From: Callorhinchus milii
Taxonomy: Eukaryota
Length of the DNA: 64,000 nt
Reading direction: 5' to 3'
NCBI RefSeq assembly: GCF_018977255.1
Contig: NW_024704743.1
Span: 95,792,001-95,856,000 of the forward strand
Shown: positions 35,474-46,900 of the stretch, in pieces
Position numbering within the stretch: the first letter of the stretch is position 1
Layout: each line of letters opens with the position of its first letter
Notes under the pieces: model-generated
Seen by the model: only the letters and a program-made list of their open reading frames with translations
Told to the model about the DNA's origin: nothing
The model's database searches: none
Made by a program: the position numbers and the translations under genes

Positions 35474-36882
35474 TAAGTCATCTCATGTGCATTGGCATAT
35501 CTGAAAGCCTCATTCTGATTCCTGTGAATCTATTATTAGTCGGTTCTGATCAGGATGACTTTTCCTTGACTATTTAGCTGAACCAGGAGGTTTGCTCCTG
35601 CTGAGTCCAGAAGTCATTGTATTTTCTATTTTTGTATAGTCCCAACTATATTAGGAATTTTTACCAATAGAAATATATATTGTACCAGTAGTGAGGAATC
35701 CTTTCTTTCAGAGTACTACTGGCACCCATCCCCACTAGAGTGAATGCTTTTAGTTTTAATAGGAATAGATCCTAGGCCATCTGACTCCAATGAAGTGCAG
35801 CATTGATGTGTATGCAGCAATACGTGGTTGCTATCACATACACTGTCCACAACTGCTGAAACATCCAATCCTATGACAGTTATACCCGGAGAGCTCTAGC
35901 AGTGGAAAAGGCTGATCCTAGAGTTGAGATCAATTCAAGAGATGATTTTTTAAATTTTGACAGCATTTAACATAATCCCACAATGACACAGAGAAATATT
36001 ATGATAACTGCTCATACAGCAAAATTCAGTGATTCGGGTTAAAGTCTACATCTGCTTTTAACTGCACATTTTTCACAGAAAACTTCACTTCACGCTTGCT
36101 TATTCAGCATATATGTCGCAACAATCCTTCTTTTGTACTTAACTAAGTTCAATTCCCTGGTGACTTTCATCACACTTCCTGAAGAAATGCAGTATTTGAA
36201 GGATAGAAATAACCAACAGATTTATACAGCGGCCAGCAAGAATGGCCTAAATAATATTGCCCTGCTCCAGTAATCTGCTGGGTAAACACAGAGCAGACTA
36301 GATAAAGCTGACCTCAGTTGTCTGATCCTTGACAGGATGTGGAGTTGCTTTAATCGCTTAAGAAGGCAGCTGTGCATTATAGTTCTGGGTATTTTAAGGA
36401 ACTCAGAGGTTAATCGGTTGACAAGAATACAGTATTTCATAATCACTGCTGTTTACAATGGACCTGCAACTATGTAATTTGATATCCATTTATGCTTTTT
36501 TTTCGCGCTGGTTGGTATAAACTCGAATTCTGGTGGTGATTACACACAATAAAATCCTTTTTGGTAAATTACTTGGCCTGACCTGACGAATCAGCAGGGC
36601 TGCTTTCCAATAGAATACCCATTAGAAAGTGAGGCGCTCAAATGGCAGTGACCTATTCCTGAATTGTACACTGTCAGGAATGGAATGGGCAGTTCCCACC
36701 TAAATGGCTTTACTCCAGTCAACAGATGACAATCTCTGAAGTGAAACGTTGGGATGGATTTTTCTTAATGGACTGAAAAATGTGAGAAAAGTAGCTCACT
36801 GTATAAGGTGCTTAGAGATATTTGATGTAATTAGATGATCTACGAACACAGAACAAGTGACACTTACTGATAAAATGCAGTA

Positions 36883-37059
36883 CAGTCAAACCTGTTTTCA
36901 ACCATCTCAGGCGACCTCAACAAAGTGGCCTTTATATAAGGGTGGCTTCCGAGTAAGGGTTAGTTCATGTGCGAACCAGACTGTCCAGACTTTTCCAGGG
37001 TGGTTGTTAAAAAGGGAGTGGTTGCTGAATAGAGGTGGTTGTTTGAACACGTTTGACTG
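36883..37059. mobile_element. 177-bp MITE of Tc1/mariner (pogo/Tigger-like) type
   Basis: TA target duplication (36881-82, 37060-61); TIRs CAGTCAAACCTGTTTTCAACCATCTC versus reverse complement CAGTCAAACGTGTTCAAACAACCACCTC. Confidence 0.85.
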
Positions 37060-37189
37060 TATTTACCAGTTTATTAGATCATGGCACATCTTTTCTCTAT
37101 ACTTTTTATTCCCATATTCCCCAATTGTCTAATGAACTTCCTTTTAAATACTTCAATTGATTCAGCCTCTACAGCATTCAGTGGCATTA

Positions 37190-37622
37190 TAACAATAATT
37201 GCTGCTTTGATACAGCCCTATCACGTCGTCACAATGTTTTAAAGCTCTTCATAGAATATGCTGTAAAGTGATGTGACTATGTATACTTTGTGGAAACCAC
37301 AGCAGCTAACAACAACAAACTTACATTTGTATAGTGCCTTTCATGTCTTGTGACAGCACTATCCCACAAACAGCCATGGAGTGAAAGATCACTTTTATTT
37401 GGGGGATTGTTGGCCAGGATACTGGGCATCTTTTTGAATGGTGCCATGAGATCTTTAACATCCATCTGGACAGGCAGGAGTGTGTTTTTTTTACATTTCA
37501 TCCAAAGGACAGCACTACCAACAAGGCAGAAAAGTATTGGAGAGTCAGCATATGGATTCCAAGTTCTAACACACAAGTATCTGACTCAGACATGAGATTG
37601 CTACCAACTGAGCTAAGCTGAC
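37190..37622 (-). mobile_element. Older Deu SINE (SacSINE1-like) with an internal short L2 tail
   Basis: Deu core cccacaaacagcc, gtgccatgagatctttaacatccat, head gctaccaactgagctaagctgac. Confidence 0.75.
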
Positions 37623-39635
37623 ATTTTCACAATCCTTTGCGTAAAGAAATATTTTTTATTCTATGTCAAACGCAAGTGTTATTATTTTGTATTATTGATA
37701 TGTCACTTAGTGAGTGTATATACTTTATTAGGGGTTGAGTAAGTGCTCTTGCTGCGGTGACACTAAGTAGTAGAATTAATCTTTCCTTTTGTTCTCAGCT
37801 ACAAAAGTCTTAAGTACAGCTCACTGCTGAGTGATCAATCACTCCAGGGACAGTCCTCTCATTTTATTTGCACCAACAAAACCTTGGCAATCATCGCATG
37901 AGCGACAAACTCTATTATTTCGCATTTTTAAGCATCTTACACCCTACTCCTTACATCTTACATTGAGAAGGGAGTTTCTCCTGGTGTCCTGGCCAACAAG
38001 CCCCCCATAAAATTGGTCATTCAGTTCATAGCTGTTTGTAGGACGTTGCTGTGTGCAAATTGACTGCTGTGTTTGCCCACAAAAACACAGTCACTACACT
38101 TTGCATATCTTTTGAGACATCCTCCCAATGTAAAAAACGTACTGCATCAAATGTCAGAATTATTATTATCTAAAAGTTAAAGCAGGAAATCTGCAGCAGA
38201 TCAATCAGCAAATCAAAGCGAAAAAGGTTCTTATGTTTCTCTTTATGATGCTGATCGACCCTGCTGTGAATTTTTTTCTCTCAGATTTTCAACATTTACT
38301 ACTTTTCTCTTTTTGCTTGTATTCATCTTAGTATTTAAACTCTATTCAAATACGGCTCATTCCACGTTCATGAAATGGCACGGAAATGCTATTGAAATGC
38401 TACTGGTCTAAAGCTGCCAATGTATATGGTTTTGTTACTCCAGTATGAAATCAGCATTAAACCCATCCCCAAACACCTAAGCTCATAGCAGTTTCATTCC
38501 CAACATCTGAGCAGCACAAACAGGACCAGTGACTGAAAGCAGTTTAGGAAAGGCTTATCAGATTACTGAACAAAATGCAGTTTGGTAGCACAGGGTGAAT
38601 CTCGGCCATAAGGAATGAGATGTGGTCAGGTGGTGTGGGTTGCAACACTGTACATTGTTCATTCAATGTGTTTGCGTGTGCGTTTAGATGATTCATGCTG
38701 CATTTACTTTACACGTTACTGCAAAATCACTCACTCCTTTGTTCTTAATGACAGGCAAATTAAATAATAAGCTAACAAATTTCAATCATAAATTAATGAT
38801 GGTTGTTCACCTACAAATAGAGAGTTGCTACACTTCACAGTAAAACCCTGTGAACAAAACAAAATACAAAGTCACTAACATCCTCCTGACGTTAAAGGCA
38901 TTGTATCAATTGCAAGGATTAAGATTGTTTTCAGCCTTTAAAGGACACCTGCAAAAACAGATTGCTTGCACACAGGAGAAAAGAAATAAACATTCAACCA
39001 CAAGTACTGATTATACACAGACCTATCACATGATTCAGATATTGAGCTACTTGTAAGGTACACATACAGTGTTAGCACTTCACCAGGTCAGTTTTATAAA
39101 GTGGACCTGGAATGGAAAAATAATCTACCTATCTTATAATTCTCTGCTATCTCACTCCATCTTATCCCTGTGATCTTCAACCACACACACCACTCCTTTC
39201 GTTCAGTGAACACCAGCCTGTTTCATGTCGCCCACACTATCTGCCCCACCATCGAAGTAAGGGCTTTCAATTATTTTGCGCTGGTTCTTTGGAGCTCTAT
39301 GCTGGCATCCCTCCAACTCTCTCCTCCCATCATTCAAGCCACGTCTCAAAAGTACCTCTTTGGCCTCTTTCTGTACAGTTTTTAACTAGGAATTTCTAAC
39401 ATTTTCTACCTAGATTACAGGACATCCAACATTAAACTCTTTTTAACCTATGATTGTTATTGGGATTTTATTTTACACAATTGACATCATGTCACATCTG
39501 TGAGACCAGAACAAAGGAAGCAATTTTTATTTCTGACATTGGGAGGGTCTTTCTCTTGGCAGGGAGACTAAAAAACCTGCAATATGACAGATAAGCTCCA
39601 TCAGTGTACTGCACTGACTTGGATAATAACACCAC

Positions 39636-39752
39636 CAGCTTGGCTCAGTTGGGAGGATTCTTGCCTGAGATAGAAGCTTGTCGGTTCAAGCCCCATATCA
39701 AGACTTGAACCCACAGGGTTTGAGGTGACACTCAATGCAGTGCTGGGGGAGT
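39636..39752 (+). mobile_element. 5' head of a Deu SINE fused directly to an L2
   Basis: cagcttggctcagttgg (A box), ggttcaagccc (B box), tgacactcaatgcagtgctgggggagtgc. Confidence 0.8.
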
Positions 39753-40540
39753 GCCTCCTCACCTCAGGCACTGACGGGATCACCATCCATGGTTGCACAC
39801 TCCACCTTGCTAAGCCAGTCCGGAACCTTGGGCTCTTGTTTGACCCTCAACTATCATTTCTACCCCACATCTGCGCCATGACCCGCTCTGCCTTCCCCCA
39901 CCTCCGCAACATCGCCCGGCTCCGACACTGTCTCACACTGCAGGCCGCTGAAACACTCATACATGCTTTCATTACATTGAGGCTTGACTATACAAACACA
40001 TTGCTTGTCGGCCTCCCCAATTCCTCCCTCCACAGGCTGCACATCATCCAGAACTCTGTAGCCCATGACCTCTCCCGCACCAGGCTCTGTGACCCTATCA
40101 CCCCCATCCTTGCTCAACTCCACTGGTTTCCCATCACACAGAGGATACAGTTCAAGATCCTGGTCCTCACCTTCAAAGCCCTTCACGGTCTTGCTCCCCC
40201 CTACCTCTGCGACCTCGTAACCCCCTACCATCCTGCTCGCTCCCTCCGCTCGGTGGGCGACGGCCTGCTTCACATCTCCCGCCTTGCTTGCCCCACTATT
40301 CTTCCATTCTGCCCCACCCTCTGGAACTCCATCCCGCAGTCCTTCCGCCTCGTCCCCTCCCTTGCCACCTTCAAGACTCATCTCAAGACCGTGCTTTCGA
40401 TCTGCCTGCTTCCCCCCTTGCCCTCCACCCTCCCCGACCCTGACTCCCATCTCGGGTCCGTAAGTCAGTCTGTCCAGCGCCTTAGGATGTCCTCCCGACG
40501 TGAAAGGCACTATACAAATGTTATTTTGTTGTTGTTGTTG
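39751..40540 (+). mobile_element. L2 LINE 3' ~790 bp
   Basis: ORF 39725-40609 [40 protein letters not shown]; (TTG)n tail. Confidence 0.93.
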
Positions 40541-42280
40541 CTTTGCTTGGCTCTGTTTTCCTTTGCCATCTTCATAGAGAAGGTAGTAAGACTGGAACTT
40601 TTTGCCTGAAGTGGTGGTTGAAGCAGGCAGTTTAGATGCATTTAAGAGGAAGCTATATACGTATGAGAGAGGAAGGAATAGAAAGGATAGGACTGAGTAA
40701 GGAATGGGCGGAGAGTCATGTGGAGAATAAACACCAGCGCAAACTGGTTGGACTAAATGGCCTCCTTCCGTGCTGTACATTCTTTATTAATCTATGTAAA
40801 AGTGAAAACATCAAGAAATAGATTAACAGTCATCTGAATGAGAGAAGCTGGGCATAAGATGGGAAAGGGAGGCATTATTTGAAAGTGAAAGTAGTTTCTC
40901 CCAGTGTCCTGGACAACAATCCCCCAAATAACATTGATTATTCACTTCATGGCAATTTGTGGGACATTGCTGTGTGACATTTGGCTGCCGCTTTCATCCA
41001 CAAATGCACAGTCACTTCACTTCACAAATCCTGTGAAGCTATTTGGGATGTCCTCCTGATGTTATACAAAATGCAAGGATTGTTAGTATTAGTAATGGAC
41101 AGTAGTTGCGGTTTTTAAGCTCTGCGGAAAACACAATTTTTTAACTAAAAGTTTTTTAAAATTATAAAAATTTGAGAATTAGAATTTTTGAAAACATGAA
41201 AGTGAGCCCAATACTTTTTTTGTTGTTTCTCCTAGTCTCAGCCGTTAAGACCATTTTATCTTAAAAAGGTAGGATCACCCAGAATTGAGTAAGACTCTTT
41301 AATTTAAGTTGCAAACTGGTTATCCCGCAGTTCTTCAAATAAATCAGCTTCTACAATTCTTCCGGAAACATTTTCCATAATAATTCCGCACAATGCTAAT
41401 TTTAAGGTGACACAGTCTTGGAGAGAAAGACTAGGTGGAATTTTGGGATGTAAGACCAGCTGCCGAAGGACAGAGTTTGGTAGTTTAGCATATGTAGGAA
41501 TAGACCAGGTGTGGACACAAACAGCTCTCACCAGTCTCCTAGGGAAAGTGGAGGACTGGCAGAGGAACCTGGTGACTGACAGACCTCATAGGGCAGAGCC
41601 AGCCAGGAAAACTACCAAGGCAAAACACCATCTGTTCTTAGCAGGAGTCAGCTCAGAAGAAAAACAATTCCCGTGCAAAGAGATGACAGAGAGTTCGAGG
41701 AAGCATCTGGTAATATAATCTCATAGCAGCACAGCTCAAGTAAGGGATCAATATAGACACTTATTTTATTGTTTTCTTTCATTATGTGTAACCTGTATTA
41801 AATTACTGATTATTTAGTCAGTGTTGTAAGAACAAGTCAATGCATTGTTTTTAAAATCCAGCTGGAAGTTTATTTAATCAGTAGATTCATTCTCAATTAA
41901 TTCAGTAACTTTCAATCCAGACACTATTGATGTTCAGCTGACTTTGTTTCTGAAGATGCCTATTACAAGCCAGTTCTTAGTTGAGAACAGCAATCCTCCA
42001 GATCCCCAACGCCCCCCCCCCCCCGGAAGAAGGTAAGTAATGGTGCTGAAGCAGAACAAGTGATAGGGAAGGGGATGAGGGAGCCAAAGGAGAGTGAAAC
42101 CTGATGGTGAGTGGCTCAGAGATAAGGCTGAGCAAGTGGAGCTATGGGCTATAGTGACATGGGTGGGTGGGATGGGGGGGGGGGGGGGGAGCGGGGAAGG
42201 CGGAGAGGCAAAGGAACTGAAGAATCATGAGCACAAAAGAGGGAAATGGGAAAAATTGCTGAAGGGGTGGAAGAAGTTTA

Positions 42281-42440
42281 TAAGAACATAAGAACATAAG
42301 AATTGGAAGCAGGAGTAGGCCATTCGGCCCTTCGTGCCTGCTCCGCCATTCAATAAGATCATGGCTGATCTTCTCACCTAACTCTGATTACCTGCCCTAT
42401 CCCCATATCCCCTAATCCCTCTATTTTTCAAGAATCTGTC
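42281..42440 (-). mobile_element. CR1 LINE 3' terminus
   Basis: (TAAGAACA)n tail followed by ggaagcaggagtaggccattcggcccttcgtgcctgctccgccattcaataagatcatggctgatc. Confidence 0.85.
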
Positions 42441-43799
42441 AGTTTAACAGGACAACAGCACCACAACGGATAAGAGCCAAGCTTTCTGCCTGCTCCTCTG
42501 TTCCACCCATTTTAAGGCAATTCTTCTTAAATTACAGAAGCTAGAAACTCTAATTCCTGCCATAACATCCGCACAGAGCCCCAGTCAAAGCTCTGTTTAA
42601 TTGGGAATTAATAAGGATTACTCTAGAAGACTATTGAAAAATCAACACACACACATGGACACATCTAAAGGCTTTCGAAAACTATCCCCACTACCTGACA
42701 ATGTTAAAAAAAAGTTAAAAAGATCACTGAACACGATCTATTCTGTGAAATGAAATTTCGCGCATAAGAACTGGCAGCCTTTGGACACCCAACAGATTTG
42801 CAGAAAAATATTACAATTTGCAGTATTTTACTACATTGGAACCTGAAGCATGGCAATTTTAAACAGAATTCCTCAATGAAAGAATCCAAATGGGGAGGCC
42901 GTTCCATAACTGGAAGTGCATCTTGCACATCTGATGCAACAGAGCAGATTAGTTCAGGCAGAGTTCCCATATGCTTATTGAAGGAATGCTGTTTAAAATT
43001 GACACTGGTTAGGTCCCAATGGTGCAGACATAGGTATGTCCCTAGTTGTAACCTGCACTAGTAAAAGGGGACTTCATCCATTTAAGACTGATTCCACCAC
43101 CGCATGAAATGGTGGTTGCACAGTTCGATTACAGTCTCTATCAACACTTCCAAGGGCTCCTCCAAAAATCAGCTTTTGAATTTTATCAGAAACAATTTTC
43201 AGCTGGTATGATGTTCCTAATGAGCCATTGCCTCCAGGAACTGGGCACACCACTGCTAGACTCATGAACGGTTTCACTTTTCCTCCATTTTATTACATAG
43301 TTAACACAAACCAAACAGCATTTTAAGGTTTACTTCAAAAAGATCCTGTGGTGGAATTTCCACTTTGTTTGTTTACAATCTGAGTTATGTCAACTTCTCT
43401 CCATTTTCAGCAGGTCACATTCTATTCTACAGTAACAGGGTAAAAAAAATGTTAACATCCGGGCTTTCATTAACTCCAGGTATCAGATAGAACTAAAGTT
43501 GAAGAAAACCAGATTAAGGAATGAGATTCCATGACATCATGCAACACTGTTAATAGTATACTCAATGCTGAAGAACACACTATAATGCACATGTTTCCAA
43601 ATCTTTAAAAGGGGGCTTTTAAAACTCATAAATAAAAGTGTGTGGTGAATTTATAAACTACAAATGAAGCTGTGTTCCATGGTTTAGTAACTCAGGGATA
43701 AAAATGGTTTGTGGGGAATGTCTTGAGTCTGTCTGCAGGAGACCCAGAATATTAGCCAATTGAAAAAATTTATTTCGGGCCCAGAAGAAGTCCAAACTC

Positions 43800-43918
43800 C
43801 TACTGAACCTGTTTCAGTGGAACATTTTCTTCTCTTGTATTTTCTTTTTTCGGCTTTGCCGTTAACTCTCCTTTCTTTTTGCGGTTCAAACGGATAAATA
43901 CCACTGCAAGAATTGAAC
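43800..43918 (-). CDS. CDH17: CDH17 last coding exon (119 nt to stop), end of TM and cytoplasmic tail
   Basis: ccccag|[43 protein letters not shown]. Confidence 0.92.
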
Positions 43919-46900
43919 CTGGGGGGAAATGTAATTGAAGTTGTAATTATTCTGAAGTGCTCTTTTAGTATGCAATGTCATAATCACATCGCCAAAACGT
44001 GTGATCCAAACCCCTTTAATTATTGAGAATCAATTCTTTCTCCCTCTCTCATTTCAGCACAATTGTTTACCCAAAACCGCATCACAGGATTTTGGTTTGA
44101 GGTCCAGTGACCGTGTATTTTTAGGCAAACGCGGCAGCTGCCAATTGCGCACAACAATGTCCCACAAACACCCATGGAGTGAGTGAGAAATTTTATTTTG
44201 AGGGATTTGTTGCCCATGACACTGGGGGAAACTCCCTGGTCTTTTCGAATAGTGCTATGGGATCTTTAACAACCACTTGAACAGGCAGACAGAACCTTGG
44301 TTTAACATGTCATCTGAAGGAAGGCACCTCCGACAATGCAACAACCCCCAGCACTGTATTAGACTATGTCAATTCAAGTCCTGAAATGGGGCTTGGCTTG
44401 AAGCCACAACTTTCTGACTGAGAGGTAAGAGTGCTACCATCTGAGCCAGGTTGACACACAATTGCCACCAAATGCTGTCTTGTAGTCTTGGTGCACAGAA
44501 TACCAAAGTCAATCAATCAGAGTTTGGCTCATATTCCATGCAGCAGGATGGAAAGCCAGTGATCAAGGGGACCGACAGTAAAGGTGGTGGCAGTCAGAAA
44601 CCATAGTTGGCTTCAGGCCAAACCATTCAGCTGAAGTCGGGGGTTTAAAGGCAAGTTTGGATCACATTTTTTTACATGATGTGATAAATATCATATCACA
44701 AACCATACTTCATGATCCATTTTTCTTATAACATTTTCATATCGTCAGCAGCACCATTGTTAAGAGGTACCTACCTATGAGAACCAAGGATCCCAGGAGC
44801 AATCCTAAGGCGAGACCTATTGATGCATGTCCAATATCTTCTATTGGAACGAAGCAGGTTTTTGCTGTTGAGCATTTGCAGACATTTACTGAGGGACAAA
44901 AAAGACAAACATGCAAAGTTTATATCAGTTGACATTGCAGTTTTTAGTTACTTTATTTGTCTACGGAGGGAAATAAGATAAACTGCTTCCTGGGGCTGGT
45001 CAGTGCAGTGTGATAGCACATTCCCCTGTAGGACCTGGTTTTGAATGCAACCTAGACAGATTAGATGCAAATTTCCTGGAACTGAAGGCAACAAAATGTC
45101 TGTGACATGGGTTAGGATAGTCTCAATCCAATTCCAATTACTCAATGGGCTCACATTACAGCAGCAGCCTTTTAGATGGCATTAAGCTAGAACATTGTAT
45201 GGAGTTTACTGAAGGAACAGACACAATGAAAAGATAGAAATAGGAAAAAAAGGTATTGTACAGTAACAAAAATTATATAGCGCCTTGGCAGATGCAATAA
45301 AGTGTGAGGTCGTGGATGGTAATGGAAGTAATTGTTGGTCTTTGGCAGTGTTGCAGAATAAATGAGAGAGATGTAGAAATCCTATTAAAGAGGCTTGTAA
45401 ATTGGTCAGAACATTAATTGTGGAGAGTTTTATTTTACATTTCCTTAATAAGAAAAGCAGAAGTACAACACACCAACTATGGGTCACCCACAGCGGGATA
45501 ACCTACATTTGAAGCGGAGTTTGACATGATGTGTGTGACACACTTCTGTATTCCTTGTTCAGGAATTCTGTCAGATATCAATGTACATGAGAACCTACCA
45601 CCTCAAAAAACAGAAGGAAAAAAACAAAGAAGGGCTTCAGAGATGGTGAAGTCCCACAGTTTGACAAAATTCAACTTTACTAAGTTATCCTGTTAGAAAA
45701 TATTGGAAGATTCTTAAATTCATTCTTCATTCGGAAGTGGCTTTTCTACAGTACCTGAAAGGAACTGTGGAAAACCGGTGTCGAAAAAAGGATTTTCCAA
45801 AATTCTATTTAGTTTGAAATGTGATCCAGGATCCATTGGTCATGATACTATAATAATAATGATAATAATAATAAATAATAATCCTTGTATTTGATATATC
45901 ACCTTCTCACCTCATCGAGATATCGCAAGGTGTTTACCCTGTCTATAGAAAAGTGGATTGATTGTGTATTTTGTGAATAAAAATCGCCAGCCAGTTTGTG
46001 CAAAGTAATATCCCAGAAACAGCCATTGAGTGAGTGAGTGAACAATTTTATTTGGGGGATTTGTTGGCCAGGACATTGGGTGAAACTCCCTTCTCTTTCG
46101 AATAGTGCCATGAGAACCTGGTAATACTTTAAAGTCAACCTGAACAGGCAGACGGGACTTCGGTTTCACGTCTCATCAAAAGGACGACACCTTCGACAAT
46201 GTGACACCCCTCAGCGCTGCATTGGTGTTTCATCTTAGACAACGTTATTCAGAGTACTGATGTGGAACTTGAACCCATAACCTTCTGATTCAGAGGCCAG
46301 AGTGCTACCACTGAGTCAGGCTGACACACCATCATAATAATAATGATAATAATAATAATCCTTGCATTTGATATAGCACTTTTCACGTCTTCTCGACGTC
46401 TCAAAGCGCTTCAGAGAATAGACTGTAAAGTGAATTGACTGTATATTTGTGGGCGAAATGTGGCAGCCAAACGCGCACAGCAGTGTCCCACAAACAGTAG
46501 TGGATTGAAATGACCAGTTTATTATTTTTTTNCTTTGAGGGATTATTATCAGGCGTGTGGAGTAAGGAAACTTGCCCAAGGTTTCACCCTGCCAGGAATC
46601 GAACCCAGGTCTCTCGCTTGCAAAGCGAGTGCTCTAACCACTGAACTACAGGACTCCACAGTATAGTATGTATCATCAGATTGGAAATGCTCTTGGTCTG
46701 CAAATGCAATCGTGATGCAGAAACACGGAATGACCAATGTGTTACCTTGGCTGTTGATATAGCTGAGATCTGTACCTGCTTAAAAGAGTGAATGTATCTG
46801 AATGACTGAAAAACCTTGGGAGATAGAAGCTCCAGTTTGCTTTACAAAGTCCCAAATCCTAACCTCCTGTTTCTTTTGGGTTTTGTGCATGTCTCTGTGT

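Noticed and set aside
39860..40780. 306-aa minus-strand ORF
   Set aside because: Antisense shadow of an L2 plus CR1; C-rich L2 sequence has few stops on the opposite strand.
42011..42200. Poly-C and poly-G runs as a functional G-quadruplex or hairpin
   Set aside because: Simple homopolymers of unreliable length with no other evidence.
43289..43774. CDH17 polyadenylation signal (minus-strand AATAAA at 43769-43774 and 43289-43294)
   Set aside because: Several candidates exist and I cannot choose between them without transcript data.
45500..45602. Cryptic or duplicated CDH17 exon after a polypyrimidine tract (GSHV.. resembling GSHA..)
   Set aside because: The TAG acceptor frame hits a stop after five codons, the alternative GAG acceptor is weak, and the flanking exons already join in phase.
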